A stretch of 64,000 bases of DNA from Yuukianura sp. NJ FZ-2021 (Eukaryota). A program made the translations under genes and the position numbers. The stretch lies in contig CM102285.1 in assembly GCA_046563655.1 (NCBI GenBank), forward strand, positions 5,890,001 to 5,954,000, given 5' to 3'. The notes beneath the pieces were generated by a model. That model saw only the letters and a list, made by a program, of their open reading frames with translations, made no database searches and had not been told where the DNA came from. Of this stretch, positions 36,801 to 50,020 are shown piece after piece (positions within the stretch are counted from its first letter, which is position 1; each line of letters starts with the position of its first letter).

Positions 36801-39800
36801 TCTGAGTCTTCCAGTTCCAAGCAGAGATCACAGACGAACGATGTCAGTCAAGTCAATAATGTCCCTGCTGACAACCAGGACATTATTCGGATTCAAGTGA
36901 CCATCAATCAAGTCCCTCACGTAATGGAATTTGATACCGGATGTCGTCGCAGTATCCTATCAGAAGAATTCTGGAAGTCTTCACTTCGTTCTTCACCTCC
37001 ACTTCAGAAGTCCAATCAATCATTCCGCACCTACACAAATGAAGTGTTTCATCCTAGTGGAAAAGTTTCAGCCAATCTGGGTTACAAAGATCAAGTGCAC
37101 CATGTTACACTCAATGTCTCCAAAGGTACGTCACTTTTTGGGAGAGACTTGATTAGACTAGTGAAACCGGAATGGAATGATATTGCTGAACAGTGTAACA
37201 TTGTATCTTCTAATAAACTGAGTTTACAGTCCCTCCTTGCCGACTTCTCCGATATTTTCAGTGCTCCTAATGGTTGTATCAAGGACTATAAAGCAAAAAT
37301 CGTACTGAAGGAAGATGCAGTTCCAAAATTCCTAAAGGCTCGACCGATCCCCTTTGCTTTACGTCCGAAAGTTGATGCTGAACTTGATTCAATGGAAAAG
37401 GCAGGAGTAATTGAACGAGTCGACACCAGTGAATGGGCATCCCCCATCGTCGTTGTTCCAAAAACTAACGGTAAAGTGAGAATCACTGGTGACTTTAAAA
37501 ATACAGTCAATTGTCAACTTCATGTTACTCAGTACCCCTTGCTCGTTCAGAGGACTTGTTCAGTGTTATTGCAGGTGGTGAAAAGTTCACACGACTCGAC
37601 GGTCCCGACGCTTTTCATCAGGTAGAAGTCGATGAACAGTCAAAAAAGTGTTTAGTGATTAACACTCATCGTGGTCTCTACCGATACCGTGTCCTACCTC
37701 AGGGTATAGCCTCCTCACCTGCAATCTTCCAAGAGTGCATGGACAAATTGCTCAAGGGAATCTCAATGTCCGGTTCGTTTATGGACGATACCCTAGTGAG
37801 TGGCAAAAATGATCAAGATCATCTCTCCTCGCTGAAAACAGTTTTTGAGAGGATGAGAGCTTCCAATTACAAGTTGTCAAGATCAAAGTGTCAGTTTATG
37901 GAAAAGTCCCTTGAATTTATTGGTCATGTGATCACTTCGGAAGGTATACACGTCTCCCCCGAAAAAATTCAAGCATTGTTATCCATACAGCAACCACAAA
38001 GTGTAACGGAAGTGAAATCGTTTCTCGGTCTTGTCAATTTTTATTGTCGTTTTGTTCCTTCACTCTCAGACATCTGCACCCCACTTTACGAACTAACCCG
38101 TAAAGATGTCAAGTTCAAATGGTCTAACCAGTGTCAGTCAGCGTTTGACAGAGTGAAACGTGAACTCTCAAACACTCCAGTACTCGCACACCATGATCAG
38201 TCCAAGCCGATCGGGATCAGCTGTGATGCCTCCAAGTTCGGAATCGGTGTTGTTCTTTTTCACAAGGAAAATGGATTGGAACGACCTATCGCATTCGCTT
38301 CAAAAACTCTCACTGCCGCCGAGTCTCGTTATTCACAAATCGAGAAGGAAGCACTGTCAATTGTTTTTGGAGTGAAAAAGTTTTTTCAGTATTTGTGTGG
38401 TCGTACATTTTCTATCGTCACTGATCATAAACCACTTTTGTCTATTTTTGGTTCAAGTGCAGTTCCTTCGTTTGTGGCTACTCGACTTAACAAGTGGTCA
38501 CTTTATCTGAGCCAATTTAACTTTGATATTTCTTACAGAAATACCAAGGACCACGGTAATGCAGACGCACTCTCAAGGTTACCAGTCAAGTCTAATTGTT
38601 CCAGTGACGTTCTTGACTGCAGTGATGTTCACTTCCTTGCTGTAGAAAATTCAAACACTCTTCCAGTCACCTCCAAGAAAATTCGGAACTTCATTAGTCG
38701 TGACATTGTGCTCGGAATTGTTGTACGTTACGTCAAGGACGGATGGCCCAGTCATCTTCCAGATTCAGAAAAATACCTACAACCATTTTTCATCCGTCGT
38801 CATGAGCTCACCATTGTCCAAGGAATTTTGATGTGGGGAATTCGTGTCGTCATCCCATCAAAATTGAGACAACAGTTACTGGACGATCTTCATTCTACAC
38901 ACTCTGGCATTGTTCGAATGAAGAGCCTCGCCCGTCAGTTTGTTTGGTGGCCCGAGATCGACAAGGAAATTGAAAACATTGGCAAGTCATGTCAATCGTG
39001 TGGTTCTCAGCGATCAAACCCTCCAAGTGCTCCACTTCACCCGTGGGAATTTCCTGAGAGACCGTGGCAACGTCTACACGTCGACCTCGCAGGTCCATTT
39101 CTTAATCGAATGTGGTTAGTGGTCATGGACGCACATTCGAAATGGCCCGAAGTTTTTAGTCTGGCCAACAATGCATCAAGCAAATCCGTTATTGCCAAAG
39201 TTCGTGAGTGTCTCACTCGTTTTGGAATTCCAGACCAGATTGTAAGCGACAACGGAAGTCAATTTACGTCTGGCGAATTCAAAACATTCTGTTCTTCGAA
39301 TGGAATACGTCATTCCACAAGCTCCGCCTACCACCCCCGTTCCAATGGGGAAGCGGAACGCTTCGTTCGTACCTTCAAGGAAAGTCTGAAGAAATCCACA
39401 GGAGATGCAGAACTCTTTCTTCAACGTTTTCTTTTCAACTACCGTATCACCCCTCATTCAACTACTGGAGCAGCGCCATGCGAACTCCTGCAGGGAAGGA
39501 AGTTGAAATGTTTGTTGGATTTTGTACGTCCCGACGTCCAGCCCTCAGTCTCCAACTCCCAACTTAAACAAAAGGAAAAGTTTGACCAAAAGTCAAAACA
39601 GCGTCAGTTCACCATTGGTCAACGCGTTTGGGTCCAAACATTTTCTAAAGGAGAGGAAAAATGGAGTCTGGGCACAATCAAATCTGCAATCGGTCCGGTC
39701 ACGTACACAGTCGCAACAAATGACAAGGACTACAAACGTCACGTCGATCACATCTTGGATGCACCTCCACTCAAGAAGGCTGACGCAGTTGCTGAACAGT

Positions 39801-41151
39801 ACGAGTCTCCCGCAGTAGAAGATCCACCTTTGACCTTCTCTCCGCTTAAGGCCCAACCAGCGATCACACTCAACCCCAGTCCGGAAGTTCCAGTTCCACG
39901 TCCCGTTCCAACACAACCGACAGTCTCAGTCCCAGTTCCGGTACAACAGGCACCGACGCCCGTCACTACCCGTCCTGTACTCCGACGCTCACAACGCCTC
40001 TTGGACAAGACACTCAACAACAGTCTCACCCAAAACAAGTGAAGGAAGGGATGGTGTAGTGTATTCACACTTATCTTAGTTTTAGTCTCACTAGTTTTAG
40101 TCAAAACTATGTCCCAGTATTAGGGTGTCCCCTCCCGGTTCCTGCTCAGCGCCCCCAACGCCCAGAGTAGGTACCACGTAAATGTGTGCGACAGACAGAA
40201 CCCACCCCTGACCCGTTTTGTACATAACACAATTGGCCTTAGTTCTAGAATAAACAATTGTTCATTGTTTAATTCAGTGTCTACTCGTTGCAAGTCATTT
40301 CGTAGACACAACACTATGCTAGTGCAGAAATCATCTGAAGGAAGTACCACTCTCAAAGTGGGTGACATCGTTCTCGTCGGAGCCGAATGGAAGAAACGTT
40401 TCCAATGGCCCTTGGGAAAAATCATGGAACTCATTCCTGGAAAAGATGGAAAAATTCGGGTGGTCAAGGTCAAAGTCTCCAACGCATCCAGTGAGAAGAA
40501 GGATTTCGGATGTCACATCTTGACTCGCCCAATCCAGCGGATCTACCCATTGGAAATTTCAAGTCCACCAGCGGAAATCACTAAAGACAAAGTTCGGAGT
40601 TTGAAAAAGCGGTCGACTAAAGTCGCTGAGCCGGAGAAGGACCAATCAGAGGAGCCTGACGAAGACATCAAAGAAACGAGATCAGGACGTAAGGTCAAGA
40701 AGCCAACTCGGTATGGATATGGATCATGGACATATTAGGATTATTAGGTTAAGTTCATGGATTATACTAGGTTAATTTTAGTGTACGACTAGTTTTAAAA
40801 GTTTCACTTTTAAAAGGTGGGAAAAAATGTTGGGAGCTGAAATTAGGTTATTTTTTGTAAATTTTAGGTTTTGACTTTTGGTATTTTTTAGAATTTGAGA
40901 TTTTGAGGGAATGGGAGAGGGAAATTCAAAATAGCGTTTTTTGTGTGTTATATTTTTAGGTTTTTTTGTTAGAAAAAGTAAGAAAAAGAAGAGAGTCGAA
41001 TTTTAGATATTCAAGAGACAGGACCAGTAAGAAAGTGTAAAAAAAGAGTTAATTGGTAAAATAAGTTAAATAAATCGATTATTCAGTAACACAGTCTACG
41101 AACAACGAAGGATTCAGTCATTCTAGCGGGTAGCAGTTGACCATCCTTACA
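33859..41151 (+). mobile_element. 5'-truncated duplicate of the BEL/Pao element (RNase H, integrase, 3' LTR 40828-41151)
   Basis: ORF 33926-35806 matches the C-terminal part of copy 1 (one N>S change); followed by GAAAT and the duplicated CYP tail. Confidence 0.93.
35738..40313 (+). mobile_element. Gypsy element copy 2 with a 1-bp frameshift
   Basis: LTRs 35738-35996 and 40055-40313; TSD CTATG; C5>C4 at about 37535 splits the ORF into 36000-37625 and 37511-40042. Confidence 0.93.
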
Positions 41152-41636
41152 GAAATATTCAAACACGAGTTCTCTAAAACCCCAAAGAGGAATGTATCTT
41201 CGGCTAAAGAAAATCCAAAATTCATCCAACTGAAAAAAAATTCAACATGCTTCCAGCATTAGTTAAAGAATTAACAGTCGAATTGTTTTTAAAATTTTGA
41301 ATTTCATATCAAAGAAACGGGAATTATTGTCTGCTGTGAATCACCATAATTAGAAAATAGTCAAAATAAGTTCTATTTGGAATAGAAAATGAAGTTTTAT
41401 TAAGCTTCAAAAGTGAATTTCTGAATTAGGAGTTGGATGAAGAATTAAAGTGAACTTTTAGCAAGTAGAAAAACTAAATACTTGAGCGATCAAAATACTA
41501 AACCTTGCCTTCTGTATAAGAATGTCAATTAATTGCGGCACTTTTTTGTCATCTGCTCGTCCTTAACTTAAGTTCCAAAAATACGTCCATAGATTTGTGA
41601 TCGCAAGTCTTCATTAGGAAGACGTCATTGCTTTAA

Positions 41637-43861
41637 CCCTTTCGCTACGGATGACACGTATATGTGACATTTAAAAACACCCTTCAGGGACGGATGACAC
41701 GTATATGTGACATTTAAAAACACCCTTCAGATCCGGATGACACAAATATGTGTCATTTAAAAACACCCTTCAGAGCCGGATGACACAAATATGTGTCATT
41801 TAAAAACACTTCTCAGGGACGGGTGACACAAATATGTGTCCGGGCAAATTCTACCCTAAATCCAGTTCGTTTGTGTCAAACTACCAAAATCAAATCAAAA
41901 TTCAAAATTTCTTTTTTCAAAATTTTGAACGTTTCAACTTTTTTCGAAATTTTCAACTTTTTTCAAAATTTTGAACTTGTCAAAATTTTCAACTTTTTTC
42001 AAACTTTTCAACTTTTTTCATAATTTTGAACTTTTTTTCAAAACTTTGAACTTTTTTCAAAACTTTGAACTTTTTTCATAATTTTGAACTTTTTTTCAAA
42101 ACTTTGAACTTTTTTCATAATTTTGAACTTTTTTTCAAAACTTTGAACTTTTTTCATAATTTTGAACTTTTTTTCAAAACTTTGAACTTTTTTCATAATT
42201 TTGAACTTTTTTCATAATTTTGAACTTTCTTTTTCAAATTTTTTTTGGAGAGTTTAATTGACATTAGCATTCAGCTTTATCAACAGGGGCACTATGGGAG
42301 ATGAGAAGAGAATGTGTAAAAATGGCGTCGGAGCGTTATCGTTGTCACCCAGAATACGTATGGACAACGATTTTGAATTTTCGCTAATGTTCGCTAATGT
42401 TCGACGTGAAATTTCACGCGCGAACAAAAATGGCAACCACCTGCTGCCAGTGTCACCAACATAACGTCCACTCAGCGATTTTCCATTTTTTGCGCGCGAA
42501 TGTCGCCAATTTCGAACATGTCGCGATCCGCGGCGTGAAATTTCGCGTCATAAACAAAAATGGAGTCGGAAGGTGCTCGTCGGCACCAGGAATACGTATG
42601 GGCAACGTTTTTGGATTTTCGCTGAAATTCGCGAATTTTGCGAATCGCGGATATCGCGACGTGGAATTTTACGTGACTCAATCTGTGCACCTCCAGGCGT
42701 TTACGGGATCGTTTTTCTCCCGTTTTTTGCATGTGAAAAATTTGAGGTCAAGAGGTCATACCATATTTTTTTTTAGTGTCGGGGAATAGCCTATCATGTC
42801 CCACTGTAAAAAAATTCGATTTTTTTCTTCAAAATTTTATGTTCAAAATTTTTCGAAAAACGATTTCAAAAATGAAAAATGACTCAATCTGAGTCACCCA
42901 GGCCTGTACGGGAACTGTTCGTCAGAATCGACAAGGATTACCAAAGTTTACTACCAAACTAAAGAGAGGGGAGTGTGAGGTTTAATTTGCTGAAAAACTT
43001 TTGTTAGAAAGGTAAGGGATTTATTAAAAAAAATGAAATTTCAAAACCGAATATAAAATTTTTTGAATTTTTAGATGGTCAGACAGAAGACAACTTCTGA
43101 TGCTTTCCTCTTTCCTACCGCATGAAAATTTGCAATTCAACCAATCTGAAAAACGTTAGACAGAAGGAAATCTACTGAAAATCAACACATGGGTGGCGTC
43201 GACGCAATTGACCAAATTGAATCATTTTACTAGTCGAGTAGAAAATATATCAAATGGTACAAGAAATTCGCATTTCACCTCATCGACCTGGCTGTATACA
43301 ATTCATACATTATCTACAACTTCCACCGTGCACCTCAACGGATACACTACAAGGATTTTCTGGAACTCCTCATCAAGGAAATTTTGGAAAACTTTCCTGT
43401 TACAAGGAAAAAGAAAGGCCGACCAATCAAACACCCACTCGCCGTCATTGCACAGAAAGAGCACCACTTTCCAATTGAACTTACATATGAAAACGGAAAG
43501 CAGCGTCGTTCACGATGTACTATAGGCCAAGCAAACGGGAGAAGACGGTCCACTGCTTATGGATGCTTTACATACAAATAACGATTTTGCGTCCGCGGAG
43601 ACCCATTTTGCTTCAATATCTATCATAACTACTAGTTTTCAAAGTATTTTGATTAAAAGATTTGATTTATAGATTATATTCATATATTTTTATCAGCGGA
43701 TTCTGCTGAAAAAAACTCCGGCTCTGAGGGGCGCATGCGTAAAATAAAGATCGTTTTTAAGTGACCCTTCCGATTTTTAATGACGTCCTGAGCGAACACC
43801 TGGCAATTAATTAATCCGTCTCCCAGGTGTGAAATAAAAAATTAAATCCGTACCGAAAGGG
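41637..43861 (+). mobile_element. Non-autonomous piggyBac element, copy 2
   Basis: Same TIRs and TTAA sites as 30182-32410. Confidence 0.93.
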
Positions 43862-45490
43862 TTAAAAAAAAATAAATTTATTTAATTGAATAAATGTAAT
43901 AAATTTACCAATCCCCTTCCATCAAATTGCGTTTATGTTAAACTCGGTCTCACCAAGGTGGATAAACAAAGAAATACTTATTCTTTAACAGGTTAGGCAA
44001 TAACTCGAGTTTTAAGTTTTTTGCAAAAAATTTTCAATACTGAATTCACGTAGTTTCAATCGCAGTTTTATGGTAAACGGAATCAAAAACTTCGGAGAGA
44101 TGGCTTTTGAATTCAAATTGGCAAACTCAAAGTAGAAAAGAGTAAAAGGTAGAAAAAACAAAAAATGTAGAAAAACTTGTTTGAGGACTTAGGACTTACG
44201 GCCAAACCTCTTAAAGGAAAAGTATTTCGTTGCTATAGCAACCTTGCTCTAACCGAACAATGAACTCAGTCATTTCATTCCTTCAAAATCTAAATTTTAA
44301 GTGTCACTAATTCAAATTAATGTATACTTTTTCACAAAAACTTATAAGAACAAGGGCTACTTAATGAACAAAATTATAAATTGTATTTATATAACAAAAT
44401 TATATTTCCCAGTGATATGTGCGTGGTTGTGTTGTTAGGCCGCAATTACTTTCCTAAGAATCGTAATTAATTTAGGCATTTTCCCTGACATCCGCTCGTC
44501 TCCAACAAGTTCCAGGAACTCTTTCAAATGTGCCCGCACAAATTCTTCCAATTCAGGACTATCATCGAGCAGGACGTCATTCCTTAAAAAAATAGTTCGC
44601 TATTGTTCTAGATGTGTTGAATTGTATTCAAAGCCTTACCAAACAATAAAGTCAATTGCAAGTGATTTGAGACGTTCGAGTCTAAAAGGAATTGCTTGCC
44701 GGAAAGCTTCAATCGCAGTTTCCATTGTTAAGTTTTCGGCCCAAATAAACCCTGCTTCGAATTTTAACTTATCCAATCCATAGAAATCTGCAATTTGAAT
44801 AAATTCTGGAGCCAATTCTGCAGTGACAATACTCTTATCGTCGGAGTACAAGTATTTCAACATCAATTTCACGATTTCTGGACGAAAGTCGTCAATTTTG
44901 ATGCAGTTTGACCCTGCTTCTATCATTGGCGCCTCTAGCATAGCTCTAAAAACTGGGCTACGTGCTATTTTCAAAAAATAGATTTGATAGGATGACTTGG
45001 TAGAAAGACAGAGACCTAACGTCATCTGTTAACAATGTTCACGTACTTGTGAATGAGGAACGCATGCGTAATACTCACCGGCGAGGATGACCTTGTGTAC
45101 TTGGTATGTTTCTGCACCGGCGCAAATTGTAACGTCAAAGAAGGATGGATTTTCAAAAAACAAACTGAGATCAAAATTCAGATCATTAGGCGGGGTAATA
45201 ATGTGCTTGTGGTCCATCCTCCTTCCCCAATCCCGATACAGCGACTTCACTGTACGTCAAACGTAGTTGGATTCTGAGGTTGCCATTGTGCCGTAACGAA
45301 TCCAAGTGATCACGTAGATTAAAGGGGACGTTACAGGGTATCACACAATCGTGGCTAGTAAACGTAACCGCAGTGCCTAATATTTTATACAGTAGGCGTA
45401 TGACATTTAAGCGTATGCCATTATACGATTCGAAAACAATTGATTGGAACTACTTACCTGGTGTCCAAATTCTCGGCTCAAAGATATGAC

Positions 45491-45967
45491 CAGAGATCGG
45501 AAAAGTACGTAAAAATTTTTTTAGGACTTTTAGCACTTTGCGGACTTTTAAAAACTTTTTTGACCATAAAAACTTTTTTAGGACTTTTTTTCCTTAAATA
45601 TGTCAAAAAATGCCAATTTTGTCATCAAAAATGGCAAAAGTTTTCAAAAAAAAATAGACAAATTCGATCGAATTCGGCTGGGAAAAAAAATCACGGAAAA
45701 ACAAAAGTCCAGCTTCAGAAAAGAAAAAAAAAATTTTGAAAAAATATATCAGGTGATGGTCGACAGCGTTTTGTCATAGAAAACTTTGAAGGTTTTGAAT
45801 TTTGAGCTTGCCACGTGGCTTAGGGGGCAATAAATTAATGATATTTCTTATTTTTTGGGACTTTTCGTACATGTTTTCAGAACTTTTTTGGAACTTTTTT
45901 GACCAATTTTTAAGAACTTTTTAAGCGCTTAAAACGCCTTTTTTGGAGCGTACTTATCCGATCCTTG
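45491..45967. mobile_element. hAT-type MITE in a coding exon
   Basis: Imperfect TIR CAGAGATCGGAAAAGTACG / CGTACTTATCCGATCCTTG; 8-bp TSD GATATGAC. Confidence 0.85.
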
Positions 45968-46250
45968 GATATGACCATCCTTGTCCAGAAAGTGGATCTT
46001 GGGTTTAACACTGACATTTAGTTTGCCTAGGAAGGAAAAATGCGTTTGCACCATTCAGGTATATGGCAGAAAAGAAAAGCTTGAAACGTGTAGTAATTAT
46101 GTTTGCAGCAACTCACCATCAGTAACGTGTGTCAAATTCAAGGAATGGGAAGAGCGTGAGTTGAGTGAGGTAAGAGCCAACATCCTAAATGAAAGTTGAA
46201 GGAACTTAATATAAATAAATGTGTTTTGGTAGAATAAATTACGTTTCTTC

Positions 46251-46697
46251 TAGGGCTGCCGTCGTGCGTGTCGTTTCGGTTTTTAGCACAAAAACGGAAA
46301 CGAAACGGAACCGCAGGCCGCAACACCGAAACGGAAACGGACATCAAACAGATAAACTGTAAAACGTTTGCGTGTATAACAAAATTTTAAAAATTGTCTT
46401 CCGTGTTCTGCCTTTCAAAAATCCGCTTCTTGTCATTCTAAATGAGGTCAAAATTGTTAGAGTCGACTCTCACTTTAGCGATTAATCTTAATTTCCCAAA
46501 AATTCAGTACACGGAGGCGTAATTGGCATTTTTCTTGTTTTCTGCTTCCCGTTTCTCGATTTTTGTTTTCGTTTCGTTTTTTGGCGAAAACGGAAACAAA
46601 ATGAAAGGTACCATTTCAAAAAATTCAAACAACGAAAATCGAAAAAACGGAAAGTCTGTTTCGTTTCCCGTTTTACACGCAGACGGCGGCAGCCCTA
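46251..46697. mobile_element. hAT-type MITE at an exon/donor boundary
   Basis: TIR TAGGGCTGCCG...CGGCAGCCCTA; 8-bp TSD GTTTCTTC; AAACGG subterminal repeats. Confidence 0.9.
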
Positions 46698-47399
46698 GTT
46701 TCTTCCGATTCGCAGCATGCTTTGTATTTTGCTTTGAATTGCATTCTCACCAACTATTTCCCTCAGTGTCTTTGAAAATTGGTGACTGGATCATTCGATC
46801 ACTGTTAAATCGAAGGTGGCCGTGAAGTGTAAGCATATCCATCCATGGACAAAGTCTTCTCTTCTGGTAATCTGAAAGTGACAAAGATCATTTACCGGTT
46901 TTTTGGTAATTTAAGATGTCTAACCTAATCAAAATTTTGAATTCAAACTCATATAACCTCTGTCCAGCTGGCGACGTCCATTACTGACATTCGATTGACC
47001 GGAACTAGTGAACTGGAGCTTTGACACCGTGAATTTTTACGTTGATTTCGAGAGTAGAGAAAGTGTGTAATAATGTTACAGTCCTTTTCTCAAAAACACA
47101 AAAATCCCTTTGTAAGATTGGATTTCAAGGCCTCACATAGGATCACAAGGCCTTGAAGTGGGGTCTACTTCTGTTACATCATTCGACGAGTGTCCCTTGA
47201 TCTCTCTCTTCCTTTCTGACTTCAACTGACCACTCAAGACCCTTTGTTCTCCTCTGTATACTTGGAATAATATAGAAAACTAAAACGTCTCAAACAAAGA
47301 GTCTCAAGAGAAGTAATTAAATATTATTTTATTAAGGTATTATTATCTAATATTAATGTCTAATGCTCACAATTGTATGCTATATCAAACTTTACCGTG

Positions 47400-47620
47400 A
47401 GGAGTTGTAAGAACAGACGGTCCTTTCTTTATTACAGCAAACGTTGACCTTTGACCGGTAGGAGTTCACCCAGGGTCACATGACATTCAATAGTGAACAC
47501 CCCCGGGTCACAGAGTGTTCACTAGTAAGAACATGTCATGTTGAACCGATTGCGACATAGTTGTGCTGACGGACGGACAGACAGAGAAGGTTAAACAATA
47601 AAGTAGCGAAGGTTTGCAAA
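47400..47620 (+). mobile_element. Interspersed repeat with GACA/GACG microsatellite (DINE/HINE-like); relatives at about 54095-54250 and 63640-64000
   Basis: Shared GTTGACCTTT(G/A)ACC...GTCA core followed by GACGGACAGACAG; the family assignment is an inference. Confidence 0.45.
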
Positions 47621-48105
47621 CCCGCCAGTAGCAGCTTTGGATTGTTGATGCACAATGGAGTGCAAAATTCCTGAAGCAAATCAAGTGATCAAGTGAGAGA
47701 ACTTTAGTTTTCCTGTAGTGATAATTCGCAAGGATCCAGATTTTTATCCAGAACCGAAGAAATTTGATCCAGAACGATTTTCAACTGAAAACAAAAACAA
47801 AATCAATCCATACACTTTTCTGCCTTTTGGACAAGGACAACGCAATTGCATTGGTCAGTTTCATACTGTGCCGTGAAATACATGTAATTACGAACTATTA
47901 TCTACTAATTACTTAATTTTTAATTTCAAGAATGAGATTTCCTCTTAGGGAGGCCAAAGTTGTCATAGCATATTTGGTTCACCATTTCCAAATTGAACCT
48001 TCGGCTAAAACTTTGATTCCAATAAAATATGCAAGCATGAGTTCTCTAAAACCACAAGGAGGAATGTATCTTCTACTAAAGAAAATCCAAAATTCATCAA
48101 TCTAA
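47621..48105 (+). pseudogene. P450 3' fragment (exons 3-4 paralog)
   Basis: PPVAAL..., FDPERF, PFGQGQRNCIG, same intron position as the 16949 gene; in-frame TGA codons; uninterrupted final exon. Confidence 0.9.
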
Positions 48106-48530
48106 AAAAGTGGAAAATGTTACGTTTTAAAATTTGTTAACAACTATACAGAAGATCAAGTGGTTACAATATAATGTCATGTAAATATCAAGGAAAGTTC
48201 TAAGTCACACAAATTTTATCTGAAAACTATTCATATTTGTGTTTAACAAATGTCAATCCTACTTTTGTTGGAAAGTTACAAAAAAAATATTGTTAGTTTC
48301 GAAAGTGAAATGTTGCGTCAAAAGTCGAAAATATGTTTTTATTAGCGAAAGTCAGAATTTGATCAGTGTTAAAGCATTGTTTTTAGTTGATGAAGGTTAG
48401 ATATTTAAGCAGTAAGTCAAATTTCTTAAGTGTAGTTAAAAAAAATAAGGTGTAGTTATGTTGTGAACTTAACGTTTAAAATTTCAATTCAGCGATTCCT
48501 TGCTCATTGGTCAACTTCGACTTGTCGCAA

Positions 48531-50020
48531 TCATGCAGCCTTGGTAGCGATGTCAATTAATTGCGGCACTTTTGCTACTAGCCGCTTATCTTTAATCAGT
48601 TGTAGAAAATCCTTCAAATTTGTGCGCGCAAACTCTTTCAGCTCTAGAATGTCTTCAAGGAGGACGTCTTCGCTTTAAACATAAATATTGTCCAATTTTT
48701 AGTTAGTCTTTACAATTTCGCATTCAAATATGACTCACCCAGCAATGTATGCAACCGCATGTGACTTCAGACTATCAAGTTTGTAGGTTACGGCGTGCCT
48801 CAAGACTTCAACAACGTTTTCCGCGGTTATATTTGTTGACAAAATGTACTCTGCCTTGCGTTTTAATTTGTCCAGACTGTGCATGTCTGCAATTTGGAGG
48901 AATTGTGTAGCCAGTGTTGGAGTGACAACTGTGACGTCGTCTGAGTACAAGTAGTGCAACATTCCTTTCACAACTTCCACTGAAAAGTCGTGCATCGTTA
49001 AGGAATTTGTAGCTGTTCCTTTCATCGGTGCTTCCAACATAGCTCTGAACACTGGGCTCCGTCCTGTTATTTTTTTTAGTTTGCAAAAATGTATTTAAAA
49101 AATAGGAGTAATTTTTGAAGTCACCGGCAAGTATGGCTTTGTGAGCTGAAAATGTTTCTGATCCAGAGAAAATTGTAATGTCAGCCAACGTTGCATTTTC
49201 AAATAGCATACTTAAATCAGACGCCAAAGTAGACGAGACTTTGCGAATTTTGGTTCCCTCTCCCCCTGTTACCGCTTCTACCAAGCGTAGCTGGATTCTT
49301 AGGTTGCCACCGTACAGTAGCAATTCCAGTTTGTCTTTCGGCGTAAATGGAAATACAGTCGTTACTTCATGATTAATCCCAGGAACAAAAGTTGCTAGAT
49401 GTCCTTTTTGAAGCGAGAATACACGCAAATGCAAATGAGTTGAAGTGGAGAAATAAAAATTAAACACAATACGTACCTGTTTTCCATTGTTTTGATTGAA
49501 AAATTTTACCACCTTTGTCCAAAAAGTGAATGAACGGTATAACCTCTACGGTAGCTGTGTCAAACCAAAAATAAAAAAAATTAAACTACTTCAACAAAAT
49601 CTTTGTCTATTTTAAAACTATATGCATATTTCGTAGCTAACCGTCACTACGGCAGCGCAAAGTGAACAAGTATTGTGATCGGTATAACTGAAAACTCAGG
49701 TTCCTAGAAATAGTGGAAATAAATGATGAACCTAATTCCGACTTGGCTTGTACATTACTGAATTTTGAAATCTCTTACCAGCTACGTCCTATGTCGTCCT
49801 TGAAACTTGGTGATTCAACATAGGGAAAGTTGGTGAGACTGAATGCATCGCATGTCCAGACGTATAAAACGTCTTTTGGGTCAAACACCTAGCAACGACA
49901 CAATCGATTTTATTGTTAAATTTTAAGTTTAAACGTAATTGAAATAATAGATGAATTGAAATTCGATAGTTGCACATTTTCAAATTTTCTAGCAACCTTT
50001 TTCCAACTCCCAGCTTCCAT
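48531..50020 (-). CDS. MATH-BTB (SPOP/roadkill-like) Cullin-3 adaptor, copy E; apparently intact, 7 exons
   Basis: Splices in phase: MEAGSWKK / VFDPKDVLYVWTCDAFS..VESPSFKDDIGRSW / NLSFQLY.. / ATVEVIPFIHFLDKGG.. / GHLATF..ADITIFSGSETFSAHKAILA / GRSPVFRAMLE..MLHYLYSDD.. / EDVLL..ATKAA*. Confidence 0.85.

Larger units (their letters stand above)
22403..45303 (+). repeat. Tandem segmental duplication of about 11.45 kb (22403-33851 and 33859-45303)
   Basis: Near-identical ORF tracks offset by 11452-11456 bp; 7-nt filler TTGGACC at 33852-33858. Confidence 0.97.
44435..46981 (-). pseudogene. MATH-BTB gene copy D, two exons hit by MITEs
   Basis: Exon 1 MDVASWTE|gt; exon VKPKIHFLDKDGH|IFEPRIWTPG split by the 45491 element; exon 2 end hit by the 46251 element; BTB SPVFRAMLEAPM...MLKYLYSDD. 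Confidence 0.85.

Noticed and set aside
37511..37625. Programmed gag-pol frameshift in Gypsy copy 2
   Set aside because: Copy 1 is a single ORF; the break is a 1-bp loss in a C run inside RT (mutation or sequencing error).
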